A DNA stretch of 64,000 bases from an uncultured Bacteroidales bacterium (lineage in GTDB: Bacteria; Bacteroidota; Bacteroidia; Bacteroidales; VadinHA17). The stretch covers positions 324,814 to 388,813 of the forward strand of contig CAWEYU010000004.1 of the NCBI GenBank assembly GCA_963813405.1, given 5' to 3'. The number at the start of each line of letters is the position of its first letter. Position 1 is the stretch's first letter. Below the pieces are notes generated by a model, which saw nothing but the letters and a program-made list of their open reading frames with translations, ran no database searches and was not told the origin of the DNA. Positions 17,346-25,331 of the stretch are shown piece by piece. Position numbers and translations under genes: made by a program.

Positions 17346-18686
17346 ATGAAAATTTTACTTATTAATCCTCCCCGCTCTCCGGAAAATAAAATTCTTGAAT
17401 ACGCGCCTGAAGATGCAAAACAATTCATTCACAGAAAACTTATCGGGCCTCCCCTCGGACTTTTGACTATTGCTGCTGCAGTAAAAGATTTTGATGTTAC
17501 AGTTATAGATCTGAAGGGAGAATATGATCTTCATCCTGACGCTCCGGGATTAAATGAACTGGTCTTATCATTTCTGAACGAACACAAACCTGATATTATA
17601 GGAGTCACATTTATAGCATCGGAATTCAACTATGGAATAGAGATTTTTCGAACTGCAAAAAAATATAATCCGAAAATCCTCACTGTCGCCGGAGGGCTTC
17701 ATGTTACTATTTGTACCGATGATTTTACAGATCCATCTGTTGACATTTTATGTCCCGGCCATTCAGCAGGGATATTCCGTGACGTTGTTATTGCACATGA
17801 GAAAAGATTGGCTTATGAGAACATTGAGGGCATTATCCTCAATACTAAAAACGGACACAAACGCTCGCCGGCTGTTTCTTCGAAATGGGATGCAGCAAAA
17901 GAGAACTTCATTATGCCCGACCGGAATCACCTAAAACCCTGGTTGTCGACCTATAAGGCAGGTGGTGACACGAAGCCTGCTACATATCTGTTCACATCGC
18001 TTGGCTGTCCTTACGAGTGTATATTCTGCTCAATCTGGCCCCAGCATGATAAAAAATATTATGTCCGTAAAGTAGAGTCCATTATTGATGAGCTAAAACA
18101 GCTTGACGATTATAGTGTTGTAAGGTTTGCGGATGCCAATACCATAGTTGAAATTGGTTTTATTCATTCCCTTTTTGACAGAATAAAAGAGGAAGGAATT
18201 AAGAAAACCTTCATTATGGATATCCGTTTTGATACTGCAGTCAGGCATCCTGACCTTATCGAAAAGCTGGCAGAAGGAGGTCTCAAGGTGGTCATTTGTG
18301 GCTTTGAATCATTCCGTGAAGAGGAATTGAAAAATTATAACAAGAAGTCATCTGCAAAATATATTGAAGAAGCTATTGAAATTTTTCATCGAAACCATAT
18401 TATGCTCAGGGGAAATTATATCATTCCGAGTGATTACCTTCAGGATGATTTCAAGGCACTGGCTGATTATGCCGGTTCGCATAAAGTGGTGTATGCCGGA
18501 TACACTATTCTGACTCCAATGCCCGGAACAATCTTCTATAAAGAGATACAGAATGATATAATCGATTTTGATCTTTCAAAATATAACTTTTTCAATTGCG
18601 TCCTGAAAACGAAATTACCCCTTGAAAAGTTTTATGAAAATGTCGGGAATCTCTGGAAAATAAAGATAGGAAAGGATATTATCTGA
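17346..18686 (+). CDS. B12-binding domain radical SAM protein (class B), paralog of 15800..17215
   Basis: 446 aa. KILLINPP...GPPLGLLTIAAA...DIIGVT N-terminal pattern. CPYECIFC CxxxCxxC motif. Confidence 0.9.
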   Translation: MKILLINPPRSPENKILEYAPEDAKQFIHRKLIGPPLGLLTIAAAVKDFDVTVIDLKGEYDLHPDAPGLNELVLSFLNEHKPDIIGVTFIASEFNYGIEIFRTAKKYNPKILTVAGGLHVTICTDDFTDPSVDILCPGHSAGIFRDVVIAHEKRLAYENIEGIILNTKNGHKRSPAVSSKWDAAKENFIMPDRNHLKPWLSTYKAGGDTKPATYLFTSLGCPYECIFCSIWPQHDKKYYVRKVESIIDELKQLDDYSVVRFADANTIVEIGFIHSLFDRIKEEGIKKTFIMDIRFDTAVRHPDLIEKLAEGGLKVVICGFESFREEELKNYNKKSSAKYIEEAIEIFHRNHIMLRGNYIIPSDYLQDDFKALADYAGSHKVVYAGYTILTPMPGTIFYKEIQNDIIDFDLSKYNFFNCVLKTKLPLEKFYENVGNLWKIKIGKDII

Positions 18687-18695
18687 AAAATAATT

Positions 18696-19610
18696 TTATC
18701 CTTTGACAGTTTCCAGGAATTTGTCAAATTTGGCCACAGAAAATGATTTAAAACTTCCTTCAATAAATCTTGCATTTCGGGTAAGACCGTCACCCGCGCC
18801 ACATTCAAAAAAAATTTCTGTCCCCTGACCTGTTAAAAAGCTCATAGTTTTAAGCCAGTTCATTCTGGAGCTGAGATTCCTGATAACTTCATTCCTGAGG
18901 TCATCATGTGTTTCAATTATTTTCTGATCTATTGCAGAGATATATTTAAAAAGCGGTGGTCTGAAAGATATTTTCTCAATCAGCCGCATAAACTCAGGAG
19001 CAGTGCCAATAAGGAATTGCGAATGATAAGGCTTTGATACTGCGATTGCATTTGCCCTCATGGCTCCTTCGTTTGCAGCAGATGTCAAAACACTTTTCAC
19101 TCCATTGAGCGATCCTGAAATTATGAATGTATGCTTATTATTCTGGTTGCATATTTCAACATCAGGTGCATTACCAATCAACTTCAGGAGGTCTGATTCT
19201 TCTAACCCTATGATCATTCCCATACCGTATGAGCCATCTCCCGCCGCAGCTGATATTACATCCCATGCGCCTCTCACCATTGACAGTCCATCGTTAAAAG
19301 ATACTGATCCGCAATAGTACAGGGCGGCATAAATGCCCATACTATAGCCCGAAACGAAGGAAGAATTGACTTTTTTTGTTTTCAGAATATCGGCCACAGA
19401 ACAGCTGAACAAATAACTGATGTACTGTGATTTTAATTCATCGTTCAGAAAATTATTTTTTTGAAAATCGAATCCGGTAAGATCTGTCTCCAGAAAATTT
19501 GATGCATTTTCAAGCAAATCAATAAAATTATTGTCAAAGAGAGCCAGCAGCTGCTCTTCTGACCCCATATATTCACTTACAAATGCCGGGAATATGATAC
19601 TGGCTTTCAA
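18696..19610 (-). CDS. FabD-like acyl-carrier-protein S-malonyltransferase / acyltransferase
   Basis: 304 aa. Nucleophile elbow GYSMGIYAA (GxSxG). A downstream Arg in MVRGAW. VSKPYHSQF His motif. Confidence 0.8.
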   Translation of the reverse strand: MKASIIFPAFVSEYMGSEEQLLALFDNNFIDLLENASNFLETDLTGFDFQKNNFLNDELKSQYISYLFSCSVADILKTKKVNSSFVSGYSMGIYAALYYCGSVSFNDGLSMVRGAWDVISAAAGDGSYGMGMIIGLEESDLLKLIGNAPDVEICNQNNKHTFIISGSLNGVKSVLTSAANEGAMRANAIAVSKPYHSQFLIGTAPEFMRLIEKISFRPPLFKYISAIDQKIIETHDDLRNEVIRNLSSRMNWLKTMSFLTGQGTEIFFECGAGDGLTRNARFIEGSFKSFSVAKFDKFLETVKG

Positions 19611-19621
19611 GGTTACATGGA

Positions 19622-20020
19622 TTAGGAGAGTAAAACAACCTGAAAAATAACGTAAGTATCTGTATATTCTAAAGAAGATTCGATGCTACGACATTTTTTT
19701 TCATGAAACAGTTCCTGTGCATAGCCAGTTAATCTGATAGAGTATTTTTGAAGGTCTTTCGTGGTCTTAAAGAGTAATTCAATATCCTTCCATGAAATTT
19801 TACTATTAGTCCAGCTTACACCAAAAGCTTTAAAAAACGCCTCTTTACATGAAAAACATAATGGAAAGGTAAGTCCGGGGATGATATTAAGATTAACGTT
19901 AATCTCTGAAGGAGTATATACCAGGTCAGAAAAACCCTTATTGCTCTCCCGGGAAGGTATCTTGGATCTGAATCTGATGATTTCTTCAATATCAATTCCG
20001 CACCCAACAACTTCTTTCAT
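19622..20020 (-). CDS. acpS: Holo-ACP synthase (AcpS-type 4'-phosphopantetheinyl transferase)
   Basis: 132 aa. GCGIDIEEIIRF (Mg ligand Asp) and SCKEAFFKAFG (Glu ligand) motifs are intact. Confidence 0.85.
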   Translation of the reverse strand: MKEVVGCGIDIEEIIRFRSKIPSRESNKGFSDLVYTPSEINVNLNIIPGLTFPLCFSCKEAFFKAFGVSWTNSKISWKDIELLFKTTKDLQKYSIRLTGYAQELFHEKKCRSIESSLEYTDTYVIFQVVLLS

Positions 20021-20043
20021 TCTCCTTAAGTTCCGGAATGTTA

Positions 20044-20358
20044 TTATGCAAGCTCCACGATCTTATTTTCATGCACAATCATCAGCATTTGAGTATCAAT
20101 CAATTGTCCGATTGTTTCAACAGGGTGCTTAACAATATATTTTGCAATTGTTTTTAATTCAATATTAAGATCATATTTCTTCTTAAATATTTCAATCAGT
20201 TCGAGAAACATAAGAGAATCACCCTCAATGTCAGAAATGATATTCGTGGTTTCACTGATCTGGTTGATGTCAACTTCGCATTCTTCAGAAAAGAAATTAT
20301 ATACAATATTTTTTACCTCTTCTCTTGTATTTTCTGTAATTTTCCCCATTTGATACAA
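20044..20358 (-). CDS. Dedicated acyl carrier protein
   Basis: 104 aa, acidic. Phosphopantetheine attachment motif GDSLMFLEL (DSL). Confidence 0.85.
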   Translation of the reverse strand: MYQMGKITENTREEVKNIVYNFFSEECEVDINQISETTNIISDIEGDSLMFLELIEIFKKKYDLNIELKTIAKYIVKHPVETIGQLIDTQMLMIVHENKIVELA

Positions 20359-20397
20359 TATTATTATTATAAAGATCTGAAAAATTCCTGCCGAAAT

Positions 20398-21612
20398 TTA
20401 AGAATATTTTTTTAAAACCAATGATGCATTGTGCCCTCCGAAAGCAAAAGAGTTCGAAATGGCGGTTTTAACGTCATGTTTTCTGCCAATATTTGGAACG
20501 TAATCCAGGTCAAGTTCAGGATCGGGAAAATCGTAGTGAATAGTAGGTGTTACAAAACCATTAATGATACTCATAATGGTTACAACTCCTTCAATTGCTC
20601 CTGCAGCACCAATCGTATGTCCGATCATTGATTTTGTTGATGAAACCGGAATCTTTAAAGCACGGTTACCAAATACTTTTTTTATAGCCATGGTTTCATA
20701 CTTATCATTCAGAGTAGTAGAAGTACCATGCGCATTAATGTAATCTACCTCATCAGGTTGTACTTTTGCATTTTTAAGAGCTTTCTCAATTGTCAGCATT
20801 ATACCTTCACCATCCTTCATAGGTGCCATGATGTTGTATGCTTCGCTTGTCAGTGCATATCCTGCAAGCTCGGCATATATTTTAGCATTTCTTCGCAGGG
20901 CCGACTCTTCAGATTCAAGAATCATAATACCGGCGCCTTCCCCTATCACAAATCCATCTCTGTCTCTTGAGAATGGACGACATGCTTTTTCAGGGTCGCC
21001 GTTAACCGAAAGTGCATACAGTTCGTTGAATCCTTCAATTTCCTCCCTGTTAATTGCCGAATCAGCCCCACCGGTAATTATTATGTCTGCAAAGCCATTT
21101 CGTATCATGTCAAAAGCTATACCTATTGCATATGCCGATGAAGCGCAGGCAGACGCAACTGTAAAATTAGGTCCCAGCAGCTTATAATCGAGCGATATCC
21201 ATGCAGACATTGAATTATTCATGCTCTTAAGCACCCTGTTCTTTGAAGTGGTTCCCTTTTCTGTGCTTGTATTGGCCGTACTTACAACACCCAGAATCAC
21301 GGCACATCTGGTTTTGTCAAGCAACTCAAAATCAATAGCTGCACTAAGTACAGCATCTCTTGCACATACATAGCACATTTTAGTTACCCTTGTAGTCTGA
21401 TCTGCCATTCTTTTCTTAATGTAATTACTGGCATATTCTTCAAATGTATCAGGCAACTGCGCGGCGATCCGGGTCTGTAAGCCTTCCGGATCAAACAAAG
21501 TAATTTGCTTTACACCGTTCTTCCCGGAAATCATATTTTCCCAGTTTGTCTTCAAATCAAGCCCCAGAGATGTTATTACATTAATTCCTGTTACTACTAC
21601 TTTTTTATCCAT
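20398..21612 (-). CDS. Beta-ketoacyl-ACP synthase (FabF/KAS II-like) with an intact Cys-His-His triad
   Basis: 404 aa. ASACASSAYAIG (Cys), NAHGTSTTLND (His), GHTIGAAGAIE (His), and C-terminal NSFAFGGHNASL. Confidence 0.92.
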   Translation of the reverse strand: MDKKVVVTGINVITSLGLDLKTNWENMISGKNGVKQITLFDPEGLQTRIAAQLPDTFEEYASNYIKKRMADQTTRVTKMCYVCARDAVLSAAIDFELLDKTRCAVILGVVSTANTSTEKGTTSKNRVLKSMNNSMSAWISLDYKLLGPNFTVASACASSAYAIGIAFDMIRNGFADIIITGGADSAINREEIEGFNELYALSVNGDPEKACRPFSRDRDGFVIGEGAGIMILESEESALRRNAKIYAELAGYALTSEAYNIMAPMKDGEGIMLTIEKALKNAKVQPDEVDYINAHGTSTTLNDKYETMAIKKVFGNRALKIPVSSTKSMIGHTIGAAGAIEGVVTIMSIINGFVTPTIHYDFPDPELDLDYVPNIGRKHDVKTAISNSFAFGGHNASLVLKKYS

Positions 21613-21637
21613 TTTACTAAATTCATGAAGGAAGTCT

Positions 21638-21645
21638 CAAAAGTA
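21638..21645 (-). promoter_or_regulatory. Candidate -7 promoter element (TActTTTG on the minus strand) for the KS-ACP-AcpS-FabD operon
   Basis: Plus-strand caaaagta is the reverse complement of TAnnTTTG. It lies 26 nt upstream of the minus-strand ATG at 21612. Confidence 0.4.
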
Positions 21646-21736
21646 AGAACTTTTCTAAATCTAATTGCAATATCATTTACTATCACTTTTTCTTATCATC
21701 ATGGTCACTCTATATAGATAATACGGACGAAAACTA

Positions 21737-21744
21737 TATTTTTG
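21737..21744 (+). promoter_or_regulatory. Candidate -7 promoter element (TAttTTTG) for the thioesterase-ECH-KAS III operon
   Basis: Exact TAnnTTTG match, 55 nt upstream of ATG 21800, in the divergent intergenic region. Confidence 0.4.
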
Positions 21745-21799
21745 TCATGTTAATGGAGATTGGGATGCAAAATTAATGAACTCATAATAAAAAACAGCA

Positions 21800-22183
21800 A
21801 TGTTTAATTATAAACTCAATGTACGCGGATATGAACTTGATTCTTATGGTCATGTCAATAATGCCGTGTACCTCAACTACTTTGAACAGGCACGTTGGGA
21901 AATTTTCCGGCAGCTTGATCTGACAGACTACTTCCGCGATAATAAATTATTTCTGGTAGTAACAGAGATAAAAGCAAGGTATAGCAATGAAGCAAAATTA
22001 TTTGATGAGCTCCTGATACGTACAAAAGTAGAGAAAGAGGCACCCTATCTTGTTTTCTATCAAAAAATGTATTTTGGCGATTCAAAGGTAAAATCCTGTT
22101 CAGCTATAATAAAAACACTGCTGCGAGATAAGGAAAAACACACACTCGATATCCCGGAGGATCTTCTGAATAAACTGAAATGA
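21800..22183 (+). CDS. Hotdog-fold acyl-CoA/acyl-ACP thioesterase (4HBT/YbgC type)
   Basis: 127 aa. VRGYELDSYGHVNNAVYLNYFEQAR catalytic Asp region. Confidence 0.8.
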   Translation: MFNYKLNVRGYELDSYGHVNNAVYLNYFEQARWEIFRQLDLTDYFRDNKLFLVVTEIKARYSNEAKLFDELLIRTKVEKEAPYLVFYQKMYFGDSKVKSCSAIIKTLLRDKEKHTLDIPEDLLNKLK

Positions 22184-22926
22184 TGATGAAAGATCAAAAA
22201 AACTATACCTGGGAAAAAACCGGAGAAATTGGCATTTTATCACTTAATAATCCCCCTGAGAATTTCATCGATGAACCTGAATTTATTGGTAAAGATCAAA
22301 TAAAAGAGATATTAAATGATAGCTCTTTAAAGGGGATAATAATTAACGGCACCGGACGTCATTTTTCTGCAGGTGCAAACCTTGATAAGCTGCAGCTTTT
22401 GGCTCAGGATGAAGTTTTTCTGAACAAAAAAATGTCAGAAGGTAAAGATCTTGTTACTATTATCGGGAACATGAATATCCCTGTGATTGCTGCCATCAGA
22501 GGAGTTTGTTTTGGAGCGGGTTTTGAGATTGCTCTTGCCTGTCATATACGTATCTGCAGTGAAAACGCATTGTTTTCATTTCCCGAGGCAAATCATGGCA
22601 TTATGCCGGGTCTTGGTGGCACCGTAATGCTTACAAAGCTTTTAGGTGAAGGAAAATCCGCTGAAATAATTCTTACAAGTGAAATAGTAAATTCACAAAA
22701 AGCTCTCCATCTGAAATTAGTTGATTATGTTGTTCCGGTAAAAGAACTAAAGGCCTTTTCATTAAGTCTGCTGGAAAGGATGACTTCAGACAGAGAGATA
22801 GATGTGATACATTCTGTAATGAAATCTATTCATAACTCCCGAAATTTATCATTTGAAAATGCCCTCAAAGAGGAGACTAAATTGTTCTGCTCACTGGTAC
22901 TGAAGAGAATGCAGGATAAACAATAG
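22180..22926 (+). CDS. Enoyl-CoA hydratase/isomerase (crotonase) family protein
   Basis: 248 aa. Oxyanion-hole pattern GTGRHFSAGANL, then CFGAGFEIALACHIRI...FSFPEANHGIMPGLGGT. ATGA overlap with the thioesterase stop. Confidence 0.85.
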   Translation: MMMKDQKNYTWEKTGEIGILSLNNPPENFIDEPEFIGKDQIKEILNDSSLKGIIINGTGRHFSAGANLDKLQLLAQDEVFLNKKMSEGKDLVTIIGNMNIPVIAAIRGVCFGAGFEIALACHIRICSENALFSFPEANHGIMPGLGGTVMLTKLLGEGKSAEIILTSEIVNSQKALHLKLVDYVVPVKELKAFSLSLLERMTSDREIDVIHSVMKSIHNSRNLSFENALKEETKLFCSLVLKRMQDKQ

Positions 22927-22933
22927 GAACTGA

Positions 22934-23299
22934 ATGAAGCAAAAACATGCATACAGCAAATATGTTGAGACAATTAGAAGGGAAGATTTCTTTTCTCTTT
23001 ATGAATGCTGCAAACCAGAATCTTTATTTTCAAAAAGAGAAATGCTTGCATTCTCCTTCCCGAAGGATGCAAGAAGCCTGGCAGGAAGATATCTGATTAA
23101 AAAAGCAATCTGCAACTACCTGAACAAGCCCGGGAGCATGAGTGAAATTGAAATACTGAATAATGATTCCGGAAAACCAGAGGTAATACTTGGGGATCAA
23201 TTGTTTAATACGATTGAGGTTGCCGGAATAAAAAAGATACTTTGCTCCATATCACATTCAAAAAATCTTATAGCTGGAATGACAATAATCTGCTTCTAG
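22934..23299 (+). CDS. AcpS-like protein lacking both metal-ligand residues (probable pseudoenzyme)
   Basis: 121 aa. By eye it aligns with AcpS over LAGRYLIKKAICNYL...EILNNDSGKPEV...SISHSKNLIAGMTII. The GxDxxE N-terminal motif is replaced by SKYVETIRR, and the KEAF Glu is Lys (KKAI). Confidence 0.6.
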   Translation: MKQKHAYSKYVETIRREDFFSLYECCKPESLFSKREMLAFSFPKDARSLAGRYLIKKAICNYLNKPGSMSEIEILNNDSGKPEVILGDQLFNTIEVAGIKKILCSISHSKNLIAGMTIICF

Positions 23300-23923
23300 A
23301 TGCTGAAGACAATTACCTGGAAAACTGAAAATGAAATTGGCCACCTGATTCTTAATCAGCCTCCGGCAAATACAATGACTCGACTTTTTTTTGATGAGCT
23401 GAGCATTATCACCTCAAGAATAGTTGCACAGTCTTCTGTTAAGGCCATTATTATTTACGGTAGTGGCAGACATTTCTCCGCCGGTGCTGACCCTTCTGAA
23501 CTCAGAAAAAGGATAGTTGAGAACTTGCCTTCTGATTATCCGAATGAACTTCCATCATTCCTTGAAGAAAACACCCGGAGTTTTCTTTTTTTCGAACAAC
23601 TGCGGATACCCTCCTTTGCAGCTATCAGAGGAGCATGCTTTGGATCTGCAATGGAACTTGCATTATTCTGCAAATTCAGGATCTGTGCTGAAGGAGCTGT
23701 TCTCGGTTTTCCTGAAACCTCTTTCGGATTAATGCCGGGATGTGGTGGTACAGTTAAACTTCCTGCAATTGCAGGACAGGCAAAAGCGATGGAGATCATT
23801 ATTGGGGGAAGGAATTTTTCGGCTGAAGAGGCCTATAAGTGGGGAATAATCCATAAAATAGTTGACAGGAAAGTATTGATCAGCGAGACTGTGAAACTAG
23901 CCAGAGATATTATCAGCAGGTAA
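23300..23923 (+). CDS. Short enoyl-CoA hydratase/isomerase (crotonase) family protein
   Basis: 207 aa. GSGRHFSAGADP, CFGSAMELALFCKFRI, GFPETSFGLMPGCGGT. Starts immediately after the upstream TAG. Confidence 0.8.
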   Translation: MLKTITWKTENEIGHLILNQPPANTMTRLFFDELSIITSRIVAQSSVKAIIIYGSGRHFSAGADPSELRKRIVENLPSDYPNELPSFLEENTRSFLFFEQLRIPSFAAIRGACFGSAMELALFCKFRICAEGAVLGFPETSFGLMPGCGGTVKLPAIAGQAKAMEIIIGGRNFSAEEAYKWGIIHKIVDRKVLISETVKLARDIISR

Positions 23924-23933
23924 AAGACAATAT

Positions 23934-25055
23934 ATGGATAATGCCAGAAACAACGAAGTGAAAATTACGGGATCAGGAAGTTTTCTGCCCGGATCACCTA
24001 TCTCTATTGATAATGTAGATCATTACCTGGGTGAACTGACTGAGGCACCAAAAAAAATAAGGGAATGGCTTCAGCGGATGAAGCTGATGATGAAAGAAAT
24101 GCTTGAAGTGGAAAATTATTATTATGCCATTGATCCGGTCACCAGGGAGTTTACTGAAGACAACGTTTCAATGTCATTTAAGGCTGCTGAAAAGGCACTG
24201 AAAATGGCAAATATTCCGGCAAGTGAAATCGAATTCATAGCTTATGGAAGTGCCCACCAGAATCAGATGCCCACTGCCTCGGTAAGGATCCAGGAAGCGT
24301 TGGGTATAGAGAGATGCGGCGAAATCTCCATTCATGCCAATTGTACCTCTGCATACAAAGCATTGCTGGTTGCATTTGACTTTATAAAAAGCGGCAGGTA
24401 TAAAAATGCACTTGTCATTTCATCAGGTATTTCATCATCCGAACTTCGCGCAGAATATTATAATCAACCGATAGTAAAGAAAGAGGAATTGTTCCTTCGG
24501 TATTTTCTTTCTGATGGTGCAGGAGCAATTGTCCTTCAGGCCGATACTCCGGGAAAAGGCGGATTATATATCGAAAATGTATATATTGAATCTGCAGGAG
24601 GGAAGAAGCCGAGTGCCATGAAGAACAAGCGGCCTGCATACTTTATGAATCCAAGGGAGGAGTTTGAGAAGGGATTACATCATCTGTCCCAAATGTTTCA
24701 GAATGAGTTAAGAAATAATTTTCATGAACATGACGGCACCATTTTCTTTAACGGTCTCAAACGTATGCTCGAAATATATCCGGCAGACCTCTCCAGGCTT
24801 AAGTACTTCCAGGTAAACTTCCCTTCAAAACATATCGCAGAAATGGTGATCGAAGAGTGTGCAGCACTTGGGGTAGCAAAAGAGACTCTTTACACAAAAA
24901 TGTCCAGTATGGGTTATGCAGGACCTCCGATGGTATTTATATGTCTCGATAAATTAATGCGCGAAGAGCCGTTTGTGAGCGGGGATCTTGTTCTGAGTTT
25001 TGTGACGGAGGTGAGTAAGTTTATGCAAGCAGGGTTTACTTTAAAATTTAAATAA
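23934..25055 (+). CDS. KAS III (FabH)/thiolase-fold-like condensing enzyme or acyltransferase, atypical active site
   Basis: 373 aa. Cys region ISIHANCTSAYKALLVAFDFIKSG and GDLVLSF near the C-terminus fit the FabH-like fold. The positions where I expect HQAN and GNTS read FQVN and GYAG. Confidence 0.65.
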   Translation: MDNARNNEVKITGSGSFLPGSPISIDNVDHYLGELTEAPKKIREWLQRMKLMMKEMLEVENYYYAIDPVTREFTEDNVSMSFKAAEKALKMANIPASEIEFIAYGSAHQNQMPTASVRIQEALGIERCGEISIHANCTSAYKALLVAFDFIKSGRYKNALVISSGISSSELRAEYYNQPIVKKEELFLRYFLSDGAGAIVLQADTPGKGGLYIENVYIESAGGKKPSAMKNKRPAYFMNPREEFEKGLHHLSQMFQNELRNNFHEHDGTIFFNGLKRMLEIYPADLSRLKYFQVNFPSKHIAEMVIEECAALGVAKETLYTKMSSMGYAGPPMVFICLDKLMREEPFVSGDLVLSFVTEVSKFMQAGFTLKFK

Positions 25056-25100
25056 CCTAAGTTGCCGGTTTTAAAATTTATTATAATTTGGACTATGATA

Positions 25101-25236
25101 TTCCCTTCCCTTAAATATTTCTTAACCCATCCCCAACCCTTCCCTTAAGCATAAGGGAAGGGAGATCTAATTAATAATCATTGGTTTACACCCCCTTCCC
25201 TTAACCTTAAGGGAAGGGGGATGGGGGGATGGGTTC
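25101..25236. repeat. Nested GC-rich palindromic element: unit cccttcccttaa x3 plus its complement x2, two hairpins, an outer inverted repeat and G4/i-motif tracts
   Basis: Hairpin 1 at 25137..25162 (cccttccctta-agca-taagggaaggg). Hairpin 2 at 25191..25220 (cccccttcccttaa-cc-ttaagggaaggggg). Outer inverted repeat aacccatcccc (25124..25134) / ggggatgggtt (25225..25235). GGGAAGGGGGATGGGGGGATGGG at 25211..25233. Confidence 0.9.
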
Positions 25237-25331
25237 AGAAGATATCTAATGAGAATGGAATATATTTGAACTTAAATAATAATCAGCAACTTGAGTTAAA
25301 TAGAAGTACTTAAAGTGAACTAAAGTTTGGA

